A stretch of DNA of 64,000 bases, taken from the NCBI GenBank assembly GCA_951406725.2, contig OX597821.1:110856001-110920000 (forward strand), given 5' to 3'. Below, piece after piece: positions 40,225 to 54,352 of this stretch (the stretch's first letter is position 1; each line of letters starts with the position of its first letter). A program made the position numbers and the translations under genes. Origin of the DNA: Octopus vulgaris. Taxonomy: Eukaryota. The notes beneath the pieces were generated by a model. It was not told where the DNA came from. It ran no database searches and saw only the letters and a list, made by a program, of their open reading frames with translations.

Positions 40225-40289
40225 ATGATGGTGATGGTGGTGGTGGTGGTGGTCGTCGTCGTCGCAGTTGCAGCAGTAAGAGTAGTAGT

Positions 40290-40326
<37 letters not shown>

Positions 40327-40345
40327 TGCTGCTGCTGCTGCTGCT

Positions 40346-40392
<47 letters not shown>

Positions 40393-40408
40393 TGCAGCAG
40401 CAGCAGCT

Positions 40409-40447
<39 letters not shown>

Positions 40448-40465
40448 CTGCTGCTGCTGCTGCTG

Positions 40466-40514
<49 letters not shown>

Positions 40515-40526
40515 CTGCTGCTGCTG

Positions 40527-40575
<49 letters not shown>

Positions 40576-40599
40576 TAGTAGTAGCAGCAGCAGCAGCAC

Positions 40600-40662
<63 letters not shown>
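39955..40662. repeat. (AGT)n/(CAG)n/(CTG)n compound microsatellite
   Basis: Direct reading. Confidence 0.95.
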
Positions 40663-40663
<1 letters not shown>

Positions 40664-40900
40664 TCTGTGTCAACATGTCCTCCCTTAACACTCACTGCAC
40701 CAACACGACATCGTGATGTCATAAACGTGAGTCTCCCCCGCTGCCTCACTACACTCCCTCCCTTGCACTTCTCTTTCTTCTCACTCTCTCACTTTGTCTT
40801 CATTTTCTTTCTCTCTATTCTTTTATTTTTCATTCTTTCTCCTACTTTTATCTTTTCCACCCCTGTCCTGCTTTCTCTTTCTCATTTTGCTTATCTCTCC

Positions 40901-40952
<52 letters not shown>

Positions 40953-41045
40953 ATATATATATATATATATATATGGATGTTTTGGATATTTTGTTGTCCC
41001 TTTTTTGTATCACCTGTCTGGATGTTCTGCGTTCTTGTATTTATG

Positions 41046-41078
<33 letters not shown>

Positions 41079-41096
41079 ATGTATGTATGTTTATAT

Positions 41097-41930
41097 GCGC
41101 AGGAGTGGCTGTGTGGTAAGTAGCTTGCTAACCAACCACACGGTTGCGGGTTCAGTCCCACTGCGTGGCATCTTGGGCAAGTGTCTTCTGCTATAGCCCC
41201 GGGCCGACCAATGCCTTGTGAGTGGATTTGGTAGACGGAAACTGAAAGAAGCCTGTCGTATATATGTATATATATATATATGTATGCGTGTGTTTGTGTG
41301 TCTGTGTTTGTCCCCCTAGCATTGCTTGACAACCGATGCTGGTGTGTTTAGGTCCCCGTCACTTAGCGGTTCGGCAAAAAGAGACCGATAGAATAAGTAC
41401 TAAAAGGTGGTGCTCCAGCATGGCCGCAGTCAAATGACTGAAACAAGTAAAAGAGTAAAGAGTAAAGAGTATGTATGTATGTATGTACATAGGTGCAGGC
41501 GTGGCTGTGTGTTAAGAAGTTTGCTTCCCGGCCACATGGTTCCGGGTTCAGTCCCACTGCGTGGCACCTTCGTCAAGTGTCTCCTTCAATAGTCTCGGGC
41601 CTATTGTAATGGAAACCGAAAGAAGCCCATCATATATATATATATATATATATGTGTGTGTATGTGTCTGTGTGTCTGTGTGTTTATACATGTGTGTGCG
41701 TGTGTGTATGTGTGCGCGTGTGCGTCTATGTACCTTTCTGACTGTGTTTGTCCCTCACCACCGCTTGACAACCAGTGTTGGTCTGTTTCTGTCCCCCGTA
41801 ACCTAGCGATCCAGCTGAAGAGATCGATAGAATAGGTACCAGGCTTAAAAAGATAACTACTGGCGTCAATTTGTACTTTTAATCGGTGCCCCAGCATGAC
41901 CGCAGTCTAACGAATGAAACAAAGGAAAGT
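41097..41930 (+). mobile_element. Two tandem OK-like SINEs (41097-41470, 41490-41930)
   Basis: Family matches. Confidence 0.9.
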
Positions 41931-41982
41931 TGATCCTGGTCCAGTTATCCAATATGTCCGTGGAAGCTTTTGTTTCAATCTA

Positions 41983-42285
41983 CGTCGTCTGATCAATAAA
42001 TATCCGGACCGTTGCCATAGTAACGAAGCTAAAGCACGTACAGCGAACCCACTTGGCACAAATTGATTTTGAACTCTGCTGTGCATGCGTACTAAGTTTT
42101 AACGTTCTGGCTCACTTCCGCTGTTTGCAGCAGTGCTTGGAAGGAAGGTGTGTAGCGTGTGATCATCAAATCTTAGTGCGCACGCACAGTAGAGTTTATG
42201 GTCAATCTGTGTCAAGCGGCTTTACTCTGCGTCCTTGTGTTTCGTTACTATGGCAACAATCCGGATACTTATCGATCAGACAACG
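41983..42285. mobile_element. mariner-derived MITE
   Basis: ta|cgtcgtctgatcaataaatatccgga ... tccggatacttatcgatcagacaacg|ta. Confidence 0.88.
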
Positions 42286-42571
42286 TATTTTCGTTTAAGC
42301 GAGAATTTGTTATTATATCCAGAGGACGACAGGCAGTCAGAACGTTAGCTTTCTGAAAGTAGATCTTCGAAGTTCTTACATCGCAATTATGTCTCAAGAT
42401 GGTCGATCAAAGCAGTAATCTTTACAAAAATTGCCTTTTCTTATATCCATTTGTAAAGATATCTAATGCAACCACATAATCATTATATGTAATTTCCTTT
42501 GCCCTGTTATTACTTTTCGGATTCACACACTTTGTCAATATAAATATAATTTTTACAATTTTACATATATA

Positions 42572-42820
42572 TTAGGTTGGTGCATAATTATTGCGGGCTT
42601 TTTTCAACACATTTTATTCAACAAAAATAATAGCAATATTTAACACAAACATTTCTAAATGACGGTCCGACAGGCTGACAAGTAATGGGAAGCAGTAATT
42701 GAAGTAGATGGTGAATATGCTCCGGAATAATCATTTTAAAATGGTTTTGTTACATGCTGTTATTGTTTTTGCGGAATAAATTTTGCTGAAAAAAGCCGCA
42801 ATAATTATGCATGAACCCAA
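42572..42820. mobile_element. mariner-derived MITE (Hsmar1/MADE-like TIR)
   Basis: ta|ttaggttggtgcataattattgcgg ... ccgcaataattatgcatgaacccaa|ta; internal remnant VIEVDGEY of the transposase C-terminus. Confidence 0.85.
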
Positions 42821-42928
42821 TATTTTCATATACAAACTGATGTTTATTGTTTTGAATATTTCTTCTCATTTCTGAACTCAACACAGCGTTTTCATTTTGA
42901 AAAGAAGTGACTACTACACACACATATA

Positions 42929-42994
<66 letters not shown>

Positions 42995-43040
42995 ACATAC
43001 ATATGTAAATAGACTGTATGTAGTGAATAGGTATATACAT

Positions 43041-43918
43041 ACATTGAGGTAGTCCAAACTAACCGGAAGCGTTCTCTGTGGGACAAGCCCGTTGCGGTTA
43101 AGGCTTCCGCCGCTAGAAGCCACTTGATGCGGCCCTCAGGCATCAGTCTGCCGACACACGTCATCCTCTGAGGTCGTACTGTCACGTGGTTCGTGTTTGT
43201 TTTGCAGTGCTTCGCAGTTCGTTGATTTTTGCGATGGCTGAAACGAAGGAACGGCGTGCTTCCGCGAAATTCTGTTTTCTGCTGGGGAAACAGTGGCCGA
43301 AACAGTTGTCATGCTTCAAACAGCTTACAAGGACGCTGCCATGAGCAAAACAAGTTTACGGGTGGTTTCCACGCTTTAGAAATGGTCACTTGTCGCTTGA
43401 AGACTAATCTCGTTCAGGGCGGCCGTCAATCTCCCGAACGAATGAAAATTCGTGAACTGATCTTGGGGGACCGTCACCGAACAACTGACGAACTTGTTGA
43501 TATGGCTGATGGATCCTGCTAACGAATTTTGAACGAGGAATTGCTAATTAAAAAAGTTGCAGAAAACTTTTGGGCTTCGCTCGCTTACGGAAGATCAAAA
43601 CCAGTCACGACTGAATGCGTGTTGTGGGCTGAAAGAACAGTTGGAAGTCAATCTGGACCTTTTTTCGAAGGTTTTCACTGGTGACAAAAGCTGGGGCTAA
43701 CAGAATTTGCAGATGTGGAAGAGGTGAAGGAAAAAAATGGCGGAGGCGTTAAAAGGCATCACTTGGCAAGAGTTCCAGCACCGTTTTGAATAGTGCAAGG
43801 CGCGTCCGGACCGATTCATTGCTTCAAATGGAGAATACTTTGAGGGCGATAAAAACCCTAAACATGTAAAACTAAGTAAATAAAATGATACTGCCAAATT
43901 CTGGTTTCTTTTTGACTG
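43041..43918 (+). pseudogene. Internally deleted mariner element
   Basis: KFCFLLGKTVAETVVMLQTAYKDAAMS, SRSGRPS, FTGDKSW, FIASNGEYFEG. Confidence 0.85.
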
Positions 43919-44214
43919 TGGCCACGCTGGAGCACTGCCTTTAGTCGAGTAAATCGATCTCAGGACTTATTCTTTGTAAGCCTTTTCAAGCGATGGTGGG
44001 GATGACAAAGACACATACATGAATATATATACATATATGAGTGTGTGTGTGTGTGTGTATGTACGACAGGCTTCCTTCAGTTTCCATTTACCAAATCCAC
44101 TCACAAGCTTTTGGTCGGAAGCTATATTAGGAGACACTTGCCCAAGGTACCACGCAGTGGGACTGAACCTGGAAGCATGTGACTGAGAAGCAAGCTTCTT
44201 ACCACACAGTATAT

Positions 44215-44246
<32 letters not shown>

Positions 44247-44585
44247 ATACATATATTCATTTACTTGTTTCAGTCATTTGACTGCGGCCATGCTGGAGCA
44301 GCGCCTTTAGTCGAACAAATCGAACCCAGGACTTATTCTTTGTAAGTCTAGTACTTATTCTATCGGTGTCTTTTGCCGAACCGCTAAGTTACGTTGGTTG
44401 TCAAGCGACGGTGGGAGACAAACACAGACACACAAATGCATACATACACATATATATATATGTATATATAAACGACAGGCTTCTTTCAGTTTCCGTCTAC
44501 CAAATCCACTCACAAGAGTTTGGTTGGCCCAAGGCTATAGTGGAAGACACTTGCCCAAGGTGCCACTCGGCGGAACTGAGCCCAG
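43912..44585 (-). mobile_element. Two OK-like SINE copies
   Basis: Family matches at 43912-44210 and 44258-44585. Confidence 0.85.
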
Positions 44586-44641
44586 AAGACAGGTGTATAA
44601 ACAACAAACAGGTGTATTTAACGCTCGGGAATGTGAGAAAA

Positions 44642-44679
44642 TCTTTTACATTTCGAGCCTACGCTCTTCAACAGAAAGA
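44642..44679 (-). ncRNA. Hammerhead-like motif (CUGUUGA core), diverged copy
   Basis: UCUUU-CUGUUGA-A-GAGC[guag]GCUC-GAA-AUGU-A-AAAGA. Confidence 0.6.
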
Positions 44680-44788
44680 AACACGAGAAAAAAAATATAT
44701 ATATATATATACATACATATTAGAGGGAAACCAGTATGTGGACACCCTTATGCTAGAAATAGATCCGCTATGGTCTTATATATATTAA

Positions 44789-44840
<52 letters not shown>

Positions 44841-45196
44841 AAATATATATATATTAAATTAAAATATACTGTTAAGAAACTCACAAGAGAATTGATTAGC
44901 AGCAGGTGTTCAGAGAAGAAACCCACCTCGACCTCAGGTAAGTGTTTTGGTCCTTTTGTTCACTCGAAGGGGTCTGTGCCGCGTCCTGGGCATGACGTCT
45001 GGGTGCCCTTCTGCCGACACTTTTTAGCCACTTGAATATTGGATACTTGTTATGCATTTAAGACGCAAGGATATTCTGTTAAAATGCACCAGATGGAAAC
45101 TCCGCTTCCTCGCCTCTACTTTCAAACTCATAGCTATAAGCGCTTATATCACAATGATTTCTATATAAGATCCTTTTAGAATTTGTTGATATATAG

Positions 45197-45371
45197 GCAC
45201 AGGAGCGGCTGTGTGGTAAGTAGCTTGCTTACCAACTACATGGTTCGGGGTTCAGTCCCACTGCGTGGCACCTTGGGCAAGTACCGACCAAAGCCTTATG
45301 AGTGGATTTGGCTGACGGAAACTGAAAGAAGCCCTTCGTATATATGTATATATATATGTATATATATATAT

Positions 45372-45408
<37 letters not shown>

Positions 45409-45550
45409 TCCCCCACCACCACCACCATCGCTTGACAACCGATGTTGGTGTGTTAGCGGTTCGGCAAAAGACACCGATAGAATAAGTACTATGCTTACAA
45501 AGTTTAAGTCCTGGGGGTTGATTTGTTCGACTGAAGGTGGTGCTCCAGCA
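45197..45550 (+). mobile_element. OK-like SINE
   Basis: Family match. Confidence 0.88.
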
Positions 45551-47337
45551 ACGTGATATCCGAGACTTTGCTATCGCGCGAGTTATGCGTGATGCAGAGT
45601 GCTGGACGGACGACAGACTTTTGCGTGCTAAGGTAAATTTTCTTGCCAAGCCTAAGGTTAGAACAAACAATGTCAAGTTACCTAAACGGATCGATGTCAG
45701 TATACTTAAGATACTGTCAGTACACAGTGATTCTGTGAATGAGATAAATGAGTTGTTCCTGTGACGAAAGTTGGAATTCGTTCAGAGAGATAGAGAGATA
45801 GAGATAGAGTGTCTGTGAGGTTTGTAGTAACAATGATAACGAAATTGGTTTTATTTTAAAGGAGAAGCGAAAGGCATTCAACGTATTGCTAAATGCTGAC
45901 TTTTCAACGAACAGGTCAGCTGTTACACATTTTAAGGCAATAAAAGCATCAGTGCAGAGGAAGCTGAAGATGATGCAGGAAAAATGGTAGAATGATAAAT
46001 GCGATGAAATCCAAGAAGTTTCAAACGTCAACAATTCAAAACTCTTGAAAAAAGTTTACGGTCCAACTTTATCAACGGCTGCTCCACTTCGTAGCAAATA
46101 TGGCACAGAATTATTAACAATTCCTATAGATATTGTTGGGAGAGGAAAAGAACACTTTGATGAGTTGCTCAATAGACCGACCGAAGTTGATTTCCCTGTT
46201 CTTGATAATATACCTGAAAGACCAACAAAACATCTCTTAGCAGAGGTTCCGAACCTGGTTGAAATAAAAGCGGTGATCAGGGAATTGAACGTTGAAAAGG
46301 CCCCGGGTATTGATGGACAAGATGCAGAGATATACAAATATGGTGATGAATGTCTCTGTACAATGATGACAGGTGTGATTCAGAGGGTCTGGCATAGGTG
46401 GAGTGGTTCCTTAGGATTAGTTTGATGCGATTATGGAGATACTCTATAAATCGAAGGGTGGAAAGGATGCCTGCGATACTTTTCGTGGCATCCGTCTATT
46501 AGCTGTGGCTGGAAAGCTCCTTTGTAGGGTAATGTTGGATATATTGCTTCAGCACATTGCTGATGAGGTTCTACCAGAATCACAGTGTAGGTTTAGAGGT
46601 GGTAGGAGTACTATGGACATATTTTCAGTTAGACAGCTACAAGAGGAGTGTATCGAATAGAATATGGACTTATATCAAGTTTGTATTGATCTGACGAAAG
46701 CGTTTGATTCTGTACATAGAGTTGCGCTTTGGGGGATCTTGACAATGCTGGGCTGCCCTGAAAAATTTGTGAGAATGCTTAGACAATTTCATGATAAGTT
46801 GGAGGTGAGAGTTAATGTTTGAGGTACCTTTTCAGATCCAGTTTCTATAGAAAAGGGTGTAAAACAGGGTGATATTCCTGCTCCTATCTTGTTGGCTTTG
46901 TATTTTACAATAGACTTTCAAATAGTCTTCGAAGAGTGTGTTGAAGGGGTCTATATAAGATATAGGACAGCGGGAAAACTTTTCAACGTCAAAAGACTGT
47001 GCCAAAACGGAAGTTCTTCATTCTCGCATCATTGAGTTCTTGTATGCAGATGAATGTGACCTGTTAGCAAATTCCCAGTAAGATAGGCAACACATGAGTA
47101 ATGCGATTTCTGCAGCAGTGTAAAGCGTTGGGTTTTATAATTAACTTAAAGAAAACTCTTCTGATATACCAACATGCACACCCCGCTCTAAGCTTTCTAT
47201 GGGGCCTTCTGTAACTATATATGGACAAATGTTAGAAGCTGCAATCAAATTCATATATTTAGGAAGTACTCTAAGCACTACTGGTCTTGATAATGAAATT
47301 TCGTATAGAATCAGAAAAGCTAGTAGAGTCTTTGGTA
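45551..47337 (+). pseudogene. Decayed RTE-clade LINE (end of APE domain + RT)
   Basis: ECWTDDRLL, KAPGIDG, FRGIRLLAVAGK, LPESQCRFRGGRST, IDLTKAFDSV, GVKQGD, YADEC, FIYLGSTLS; many stops. Confidence 0.9.
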
Positions 47338-47917
47338 GTCGATTTGTTCGACTAAAATCCCCTAAAGCAGTGCTCCAGCATGGCCGCAGTCAAATGCCTG
47401 AAGCAAGTTAAAAGTAAAGGAAGGTAGATATATTGATACACAAATTATTTATATACACACATAAATACAAATGCATTCACATATACACTTAGGTAAGTAA
47501 ACGAACACATAGAAAAATATTGCTTGTGTTGGGAGGTCGAGCGTGCTTTCATTTCTTTATAACAACGTAAAAGAAAGCAACGGGAAAAATAACCGTAACG
47601 AAGGACAATAGTTGAAAGCTGTATTTTGTAATAGTAACCCCTAGCGACCTACTGTGTTATATTAACTTATTGACTATAACGGCTACTTTTTTCTGTCTTT
47701 TTCTTTTCACCTGTTATAAAATTGAAACTTAAAGACTGATGATGTCATTCCATCAACGTGCGGACACTGGTTTCTCTCGTTCATACTTTCAATTTAAATT
47801 TCAATAAATTTGAATTTTTATCACTTTATTTTCAACTTGACAAAGACAGACTTACTGTCAAAATATCGTTCAACCAAAAAATATCTCTTACAATCGAATC
47901 GCGCTCTTCGTCTTGAC

Positions 47918-47980
<63 letters not shown>

Positions 47981-47995
47981 CATTATTATTATTAC

Positions 47996-48550
47996 TGAGT
48001 GAGAGAGCAGTGCATGCCATCAAAGTGACACTGGGGTAAAATATACGAAGCTCAATATACTCATCATGACTACTCGTCTGATAAAGGTACACCAGGTTCA
48101 TGCATCACAACCATATGTGCGCGACATGGTGATCTCATATCAAGATAAATAACGCAAGACCTTGCAGGTGGGGCCCAGTTACAATTTTCTTCTGGTCGAT
48201 TAGCCCATCCCGCTCAATAGGTCCCTGAATAAGGATTGTTTAAGGTTGTTGAACGAGCAACCCATGTTTCCAAAGGTGAATTATCCAAACCTCCAAGAAT
48301 TCCTTTCAATACACAGCTATGATGCTCCCCCACTACTTCTGCACGTGATCATAGATGCCCATATCGTCAACCACTAAGGGCCATGGTCAACTGGTTAAGG
48401 TCAAACAACTGACAAGCAAATCTGTGGTATTGAGCAGAATATTTGCTGTAGCCCATCTTTTATACCAAGACAAAACAATGTACATGATAACACTTCTAAT
48501 CAGTTAAGATCAGAAGGCACGAGAGCCACTGTCTGGTACTGCATCAGGGC

Positions 48551-48553
<3 letters not shown>
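47996..48553 (-). mobile_element. ~555-bp non-coding (AAT)n-inserted element
   Basis: Reverse-complement homologue of 30538-31078 with the same termini. Confidence 0.85.
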
Positions 48554-48601
<48 letters not shown>

Positions 48602-48754
48602 AGTTATTATTAAAAGAAGAGTGGCTTTGTCATCTCGTGAACGATATTTCGACATCCTGTATGTCTTCAAAAAATAATTTTGTCAATCTACTTTATTTTG
48701 GTTAATATATAAAGGATTTTTATTATTATCATTATTATTATTATTATTAGTCAG

Positions 48755-48963
48755 TAGTTAATGCGCCTACTATGATAGGAATTGTTTCTGTTTTCAGATT
48801 CCACATTCTAGTTACCTCTATTTCCAGGTCTTTGTATTTTGAGAGTTTCTCCATTTCTTTTAGAGACACGTTGTCATCTGCCGGTATTGATACATCAATT
48901 AGAAAGCATTTTTTTCTTCATGATCTCTGACAACTATATCTGGTCTGTTGGCCTTAATTTCTC

Positions 48964-49046
<83 letters not shown>

Positions 49047-49475
49047 TAGTTTTATTTTTATAGCGTGCTTTCACTTCACTACCGAGCACAGCTCTGTGTG
49101 CCTTGGGTATGTGCTGTGATTTGTTGTGATGCTCTGATGGTTATTGTATGGAAAGTGTTCTGCATAGGATGTGTGCAGTGCCTAGTAGTGCAATTTTCTG
49201 TATGTTATATGTGTTTGTAAGTCCTGGTGTTTTTGTTATGTATTTGTCTGAATATTTTTTTATCATGCCTAATGCACCTACTATGATAGGAATTGTTTCT
49301 GTTTTCAGATTCCACATTCTAGTTACCTCTATTTCCAGGTCTTTGTATTTTGAGAGTTTCTCCATTTCTTTTAGAGACACGTTGTCATCTGCCGGTATTG
49401 ATACATCAATTAGAAAGCATTTTTTTCCTTCATGATCTCTGACAACTATATCTGGTCTGTTGGCCTTAATTTCTC
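48755..49475 (-). mobile_element. R4/Dong-type element 3' end (49043-49475) plus partial duplicate (48755-48963)
   Basis: RLE domain NRPDIVV...IDVSIP...EKLSKYKDL...PIIVGALG; (AAT)n flanks. Confidence 0.9.
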
Positions 49476-49542
<67 letters not shown>

Positions 49543-49557
49543 TGTCATTATTATTAC

Positions 49558-49608
<51 letters not shown>

Positions 49609-49610
<2 letters not shown>

Positions 49611-50450
49611 TATGTTTGACTTTTGCTTTATATTTGTACAAGTTGGCTCCAAGTCTCACCCAGAGACCTCAAGAGACAACAGGGTTGGAAGTTCATGTTG
49701 TTGTTATGCCTAGTGTGCCATATATTTGGGGGGTGGGGATGTTGTACTAATGAATGTCTAAAAAGAAAAAAAAAAAAAAAAGTAATTTTTTTTTTTTTTT
49801 TTTTTTTTTAAACCGAAAATTATGTTTGTTTTAAACCTTGAGATTACATAGAGAGTATTTTGCGTAGGATATGAGCAGTTCCCATGAGCACTATCTTTTG
49901 AACTTCTGCCATTTTTGGGTTTCCTGGTATCTGAGTTAGGTAGCTATCAGCCCCTTTTGCTATCATTCCCAGGGCACCTATGACAACAGGTATTGTTTTA
50001 GTCTTCAGCTTCCACATTTTGCTGATTTCTATTTCAAGATCTTTATATTTGCTCAGTTTTTGGTAGGTCTTGACAGATACGTTTATATCGATTGGGACAG
50101 TCATATCAATGAGGAGGCATGTTCTTTGTTTGAAGTTTTTCAATATGATGTCTGGCCTATTTGCATCTATCTTCCTGTCAGTTTGAATGGTGAAGTTCCA
50201 GAGGAGTGAGATGTGGTCATTTTCAAGCACTGGGGGTGGTTTGTGTTCCCACCAGTTTTTTTCATGGGGCAAATCCAGGTTTTTACAGATTACCCAGTGA
50301 ATATATTGTGCAGCTCTATCGTGCCTGTTGAGATACTCTGTAGGCGCTAGAAGACTGCACTTGGAGACCACATGGTCAATGGTTTCATTTTGTTGCTTGC
50401 ATACACGACACGTTGGACTGCTTCTGATCTTTAATATGTTGGCCTGGTAT
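49609..50450 (-). mobile_element. Second R4/Dong-type element 3' end (CCHC + RLE + 3'UTR)
   Basis: CRVCKQQNETIDHVVSKC, YLNRHD, NRPDIIL, KLSKYKDL; stop at 49844; (AAT)n flanks. Confidence 0.92.
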
Positions 50451-50454
50451 ATTA

Positions 50455-50560
<106 letters not shown>

Positions 50561-50789
50561 CATCATTATTATTATTATTATTCACTACGGAACACATAAG
50601 ACGTGTTTTCAAACGCTTCGGATTGATGCAGCTTAAAACATTTATTTACACCGGTTTCGTGGTTTTTTGCAGTATTTATTTTATTCCAAGTTGTCAATAG
50701 AAACATCAGGAACCTGTTACTGGTTTTCTATGGTTGTTTAGCCTCTCTAGGGGCTATATTCAGCCCATCAAATAAGTTCGGTGGGCGTT

Positions 50790-53700
50790 TAATTTAATTT
50801 AAACAAACACAACTCAACAAGATGGCAGAGCGCATCTTGAAAGAGTTGAAAAAAAAGGAAAATAGCCCCTCCCATGAATCTGGTGACCGCTGAAGACTTC
50901 CACCCTTCCTCCGTTATGGCAATCATACAGGTGATGGGGAGGATAAAAACGAAACGGTTACGGTACCAAGTCCACTTCATAGTAACAGCAGCAGTAGCAG
51001 TAACAGGAACAGAGGTAACAGTGACAACATCTGCAGCAGTAGTAGTAGTGGTAGCAACAACAAGAACGAAAGAGACAGTAGCTGCAGCGGCAGTAGCGAC
51101 AGCAACAACAGCAACACTGATAGCAAAAGTGACAACAGCAACAAAAACAAAACCAATATTAACAACACAAGAACAACGTCAACAGCAACAAGAACAATAA
51201 CGAGGACATTACCAACAACAAAAACACGTTCACAGCAGCAGCAAAAAAGAAGCAACGCTTGATCGTGAATCTCACAAATAAAGATGAGATGTCGACCCAG
51301 GCTTGGAAATTGATTAAACAAGAAAAAACTTGGGCTAATCTAACTATTCCGTCAGAGTCAATTGAAGCAGTGGAGAAAAGAACGGTTCATTTCAAATGCA
51401 TCTCAGCAGAAACGAAAAGAGCGGCTTTAATAGTCCAAGTTGATATAGAGGCGGCGCTGAGGTGCATCAGAGATGACATCGAATACATAGCAAGAGGCAA
51501 ACAATACGGCCCTCGCTATGAAACATCCAGTAACCCTTGCAAAATCAGCAAAGTCATTGTGTACCTCTCCCACATGGGAAACGTACAGTACGTGTCCGCA
51601 TCCTTAGAATCCCACCAGGACTTGATATTTGGTGGCTTCTGGGATGCATAATCGTGGAGGGGACGGATACTGTCCTGATAGAGGTGACAAGAACTGCTAG
51701 GGATCAGATCAGATCCGAAAACATAAAAAGAAATCCCGAACCACATCCGTCTCCAGAAAGGGACGGTGATACACATCATGACTGAGGGCAAAAGGCCGCA
51801 TTGCTTCGCGTGTAGAGAAACGACTCATTTGCGACCTCGCTGCCCCCAACTGGTACAAAGTGCAAGGGGTCAAAGGCCTCCGCTGCTGCCCACGTCAGTG
51901 AGACATGGATTTCCAATACATGCGCACTGACCCTCATGTTCGATGACTTATCAGATCTTTCCATCTGTTAGTCGGCCGGGAATGGGAGGTGGAGTGGCAG
52001 TGCTGTTTAGGAAAGAACTGGATCTCAAGGTAAAGCCGATCTTCCGGAACCCGGACGGGAAGATGGTAGCTCTGGACGTGAGCAATAGTGAAGGTAGTGT
52101 ATTTAGACTGGTGGCCGTCTATGCCCCTACCGGATCCAAACGGCTGGAAGTCTGTATTTTTGATCGGTGTGAAGGAGTTGGGAGCGCGTTCTTTGTTTCC
52201 CCCTAGGGTGGTTAATGTCTTTGGTGTTGTTGCTGGTGCTAGTGTTGTTTGTGGTCCTCGCCCCGGCGTAGGCAGCAGCGGAGGCCTTTGGCCTCTTTAG
52301 CGTCTGGAAGCCTTTCTAGGTACGTCTCGCCCTTTACTGCTAGTAGGTGACTGGAACGGAATCTTAGACCAACGCTGGGATTGTGCGGAAATAGTTGATA
52401 GAAGAGTGGGATGCGAAAGCCTCAAGCACCTGATCAGTGAGCTCCAAATGTCTGACAGGTACCGACAAGATTTCCCTAGTATGCCAGTGTGGACCTGTAC
52501 CAACCACTTAGGGTCATCTAGATTGTATATAGATATGATTTTCAATAGGAAAATATACAGTAACAGTGTAGGATATCCTCTTCCTAAAATGGTCACCTTT
52601 TCAGACCATAAGTTTGTAATCTGTACGGTCGACCTAGATAAAATACGTAGGTTAGAATCCGGGTACTGTGAGCTGAATATATCGTTTCCGGCACGTAAGG
52701 CTTACAGGGGCTGGGTCAACAATTTAGTTAAGCTGAAGTTGACAGGAGATATCGTCAACAACAGGTGGTGGGCGGCTCTCAAAAGAGAGATTAGAGTAAT
52801 ATCGATAGGGTTTAGCAAAGAAATAGCGTTAGAAAAAATAGAAAATATGAGGGGTAGCTAAACTAGACGAGACTCTTTGTAGTGGCATTGCAACTGGCGT
52901 GCTAAACGGTGTCTGAACGGTGAACTCGAGTGATCACCGTTTGTCAGGCCTTTCCCCCAGCTCGTCTTCTTGACTAAGCTGCAGTCCTGAGTCAAGAAGA
53001 GACCGAGGCAAGGTGACTGGCATCTGGGATGTTACCAAGCACTCACCGCTCACTACCAGCCGGGCAATGCGATCAGTGGAACATCCACTCTTGAGTTCTA
53101 TAGAGGGTTAGTGGAGGGAAAGGGCGATGATGTACTTGGAGAGACGCTAAGCATTGACGAAGTCGAACTGACCAGTCTGTTCAGGGGACGATGGATAACA
53201 TCCAGAAATCCTAGCTTGGCAGTGCCACCGGAAGACGGTGGGCACGGCCGGTTCGAGATAAACTTTACAGGCACGGAGGTGGTGTCCGACGGACCTGCCC
53301 GAGATGCGCGCAGAGTGACGAAACCTCTCGGCACGCACTCACCCAGTGTCCTTGCATTACTGACTTGTGGAGTTATGTTGAACAGCTGTTATCACGTGGA
53401 GGACGGATCCAGCTATTGGTCGAGTCTATAGTAAAAAGTGATGCACCGCTTTCCATTGGTCCGGAAGGACACGCAATTTCCCTCCGTCTGATAGCAGTAG
53501 CGAAGGAGGTTGTATGGTGGACCAGGTTGAAAGGAATGAAGACACACTTTTCCCTTCGGCCAATCCCTCATCAACTTGTTCAAATTTCACTTGGAAAGGA
53601 AGATGAGGATGGAGAGAGAAAGGCTGCCTTCAAGTACATTTGCTAAAAGGTGGGTGAATGTAGCGAAAATAGCCCGTGTGAGTGGACCTACTGTAATAAT

Positions 53701-53920
53701 GCGCCTGTGGGCTTGTGAATTTGGAAGGGAGTGGGGTGCCCTTCCCGGATGCCCCTGAAGCATCGAGTGGCCCAGGATTGGGGAATTTTCATTGTTATAT
53801 TATTTTTGTTTGATATTATTGTTAGTGTTTTAATTGTGTACTCGTTGTTTTGTGTAAAATTTTCACTGTCCATGTCTACCGTATTGTACCCTGTATGTCG
53901 ACCCGGGTGGCCAATAAATG
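50790..53920 (+). pseudogene. Rearranged L1/Tx1-type LINE (ORF1, APE, C-terminal finger; RT largely deleted)
   Basis: CFACRETTHLRPRC knuckle at ~51800; GGGVAVLF, VAVYAP, LVGDWN, FSDH; CPRCAQSDETSRHALTQCP; AATAAA at 53913. Confidence 0.8.
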
Positions 53921-54066
53921 AAATAATTATTATTATTATCATTAGTGTTGTTGCTTTTGCTGTTATTGTTGTTGTTGTTATACACACAACTATATTAGAC
54001 TGTTAGAAAAGAATTTTTCCTAACATCGGAATACAGGTAACTTTAGACGCCAAGATCCCTCTTAGG

Positions 54067-54108
54067 GATATCTGAAGAAGGAATTTTTGCATTCCGAAAT
54101 ATTATATC
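54067..54108 (+). ncRNA. Minimal type-I hammerhead ribozyme, canonical core
   Basis: GAUAU-CUGAAGA-A-GGAAU[uuuugc]AUUCC-GAA-AUAU-U-AUAUC; in a ~250-bp segment ending at (TA)n. Confidence 0.75.
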
Positions 54109-54281
54109 AGACTATGGATTATAGTGCGTTCTTGTACCATGCAAGACACATTACCATCATTATTATTTAATAACGCTTTAATTCGGCTCCATGCAGCTTA
54201 AAATTTGTGTACCTTCTTTAAACGAACCTAGCTCATGAGGCTGAGGGGGCTGAATATATATATATATATATATATACATGC

Positions 54282-54352
<71 letters not shown>

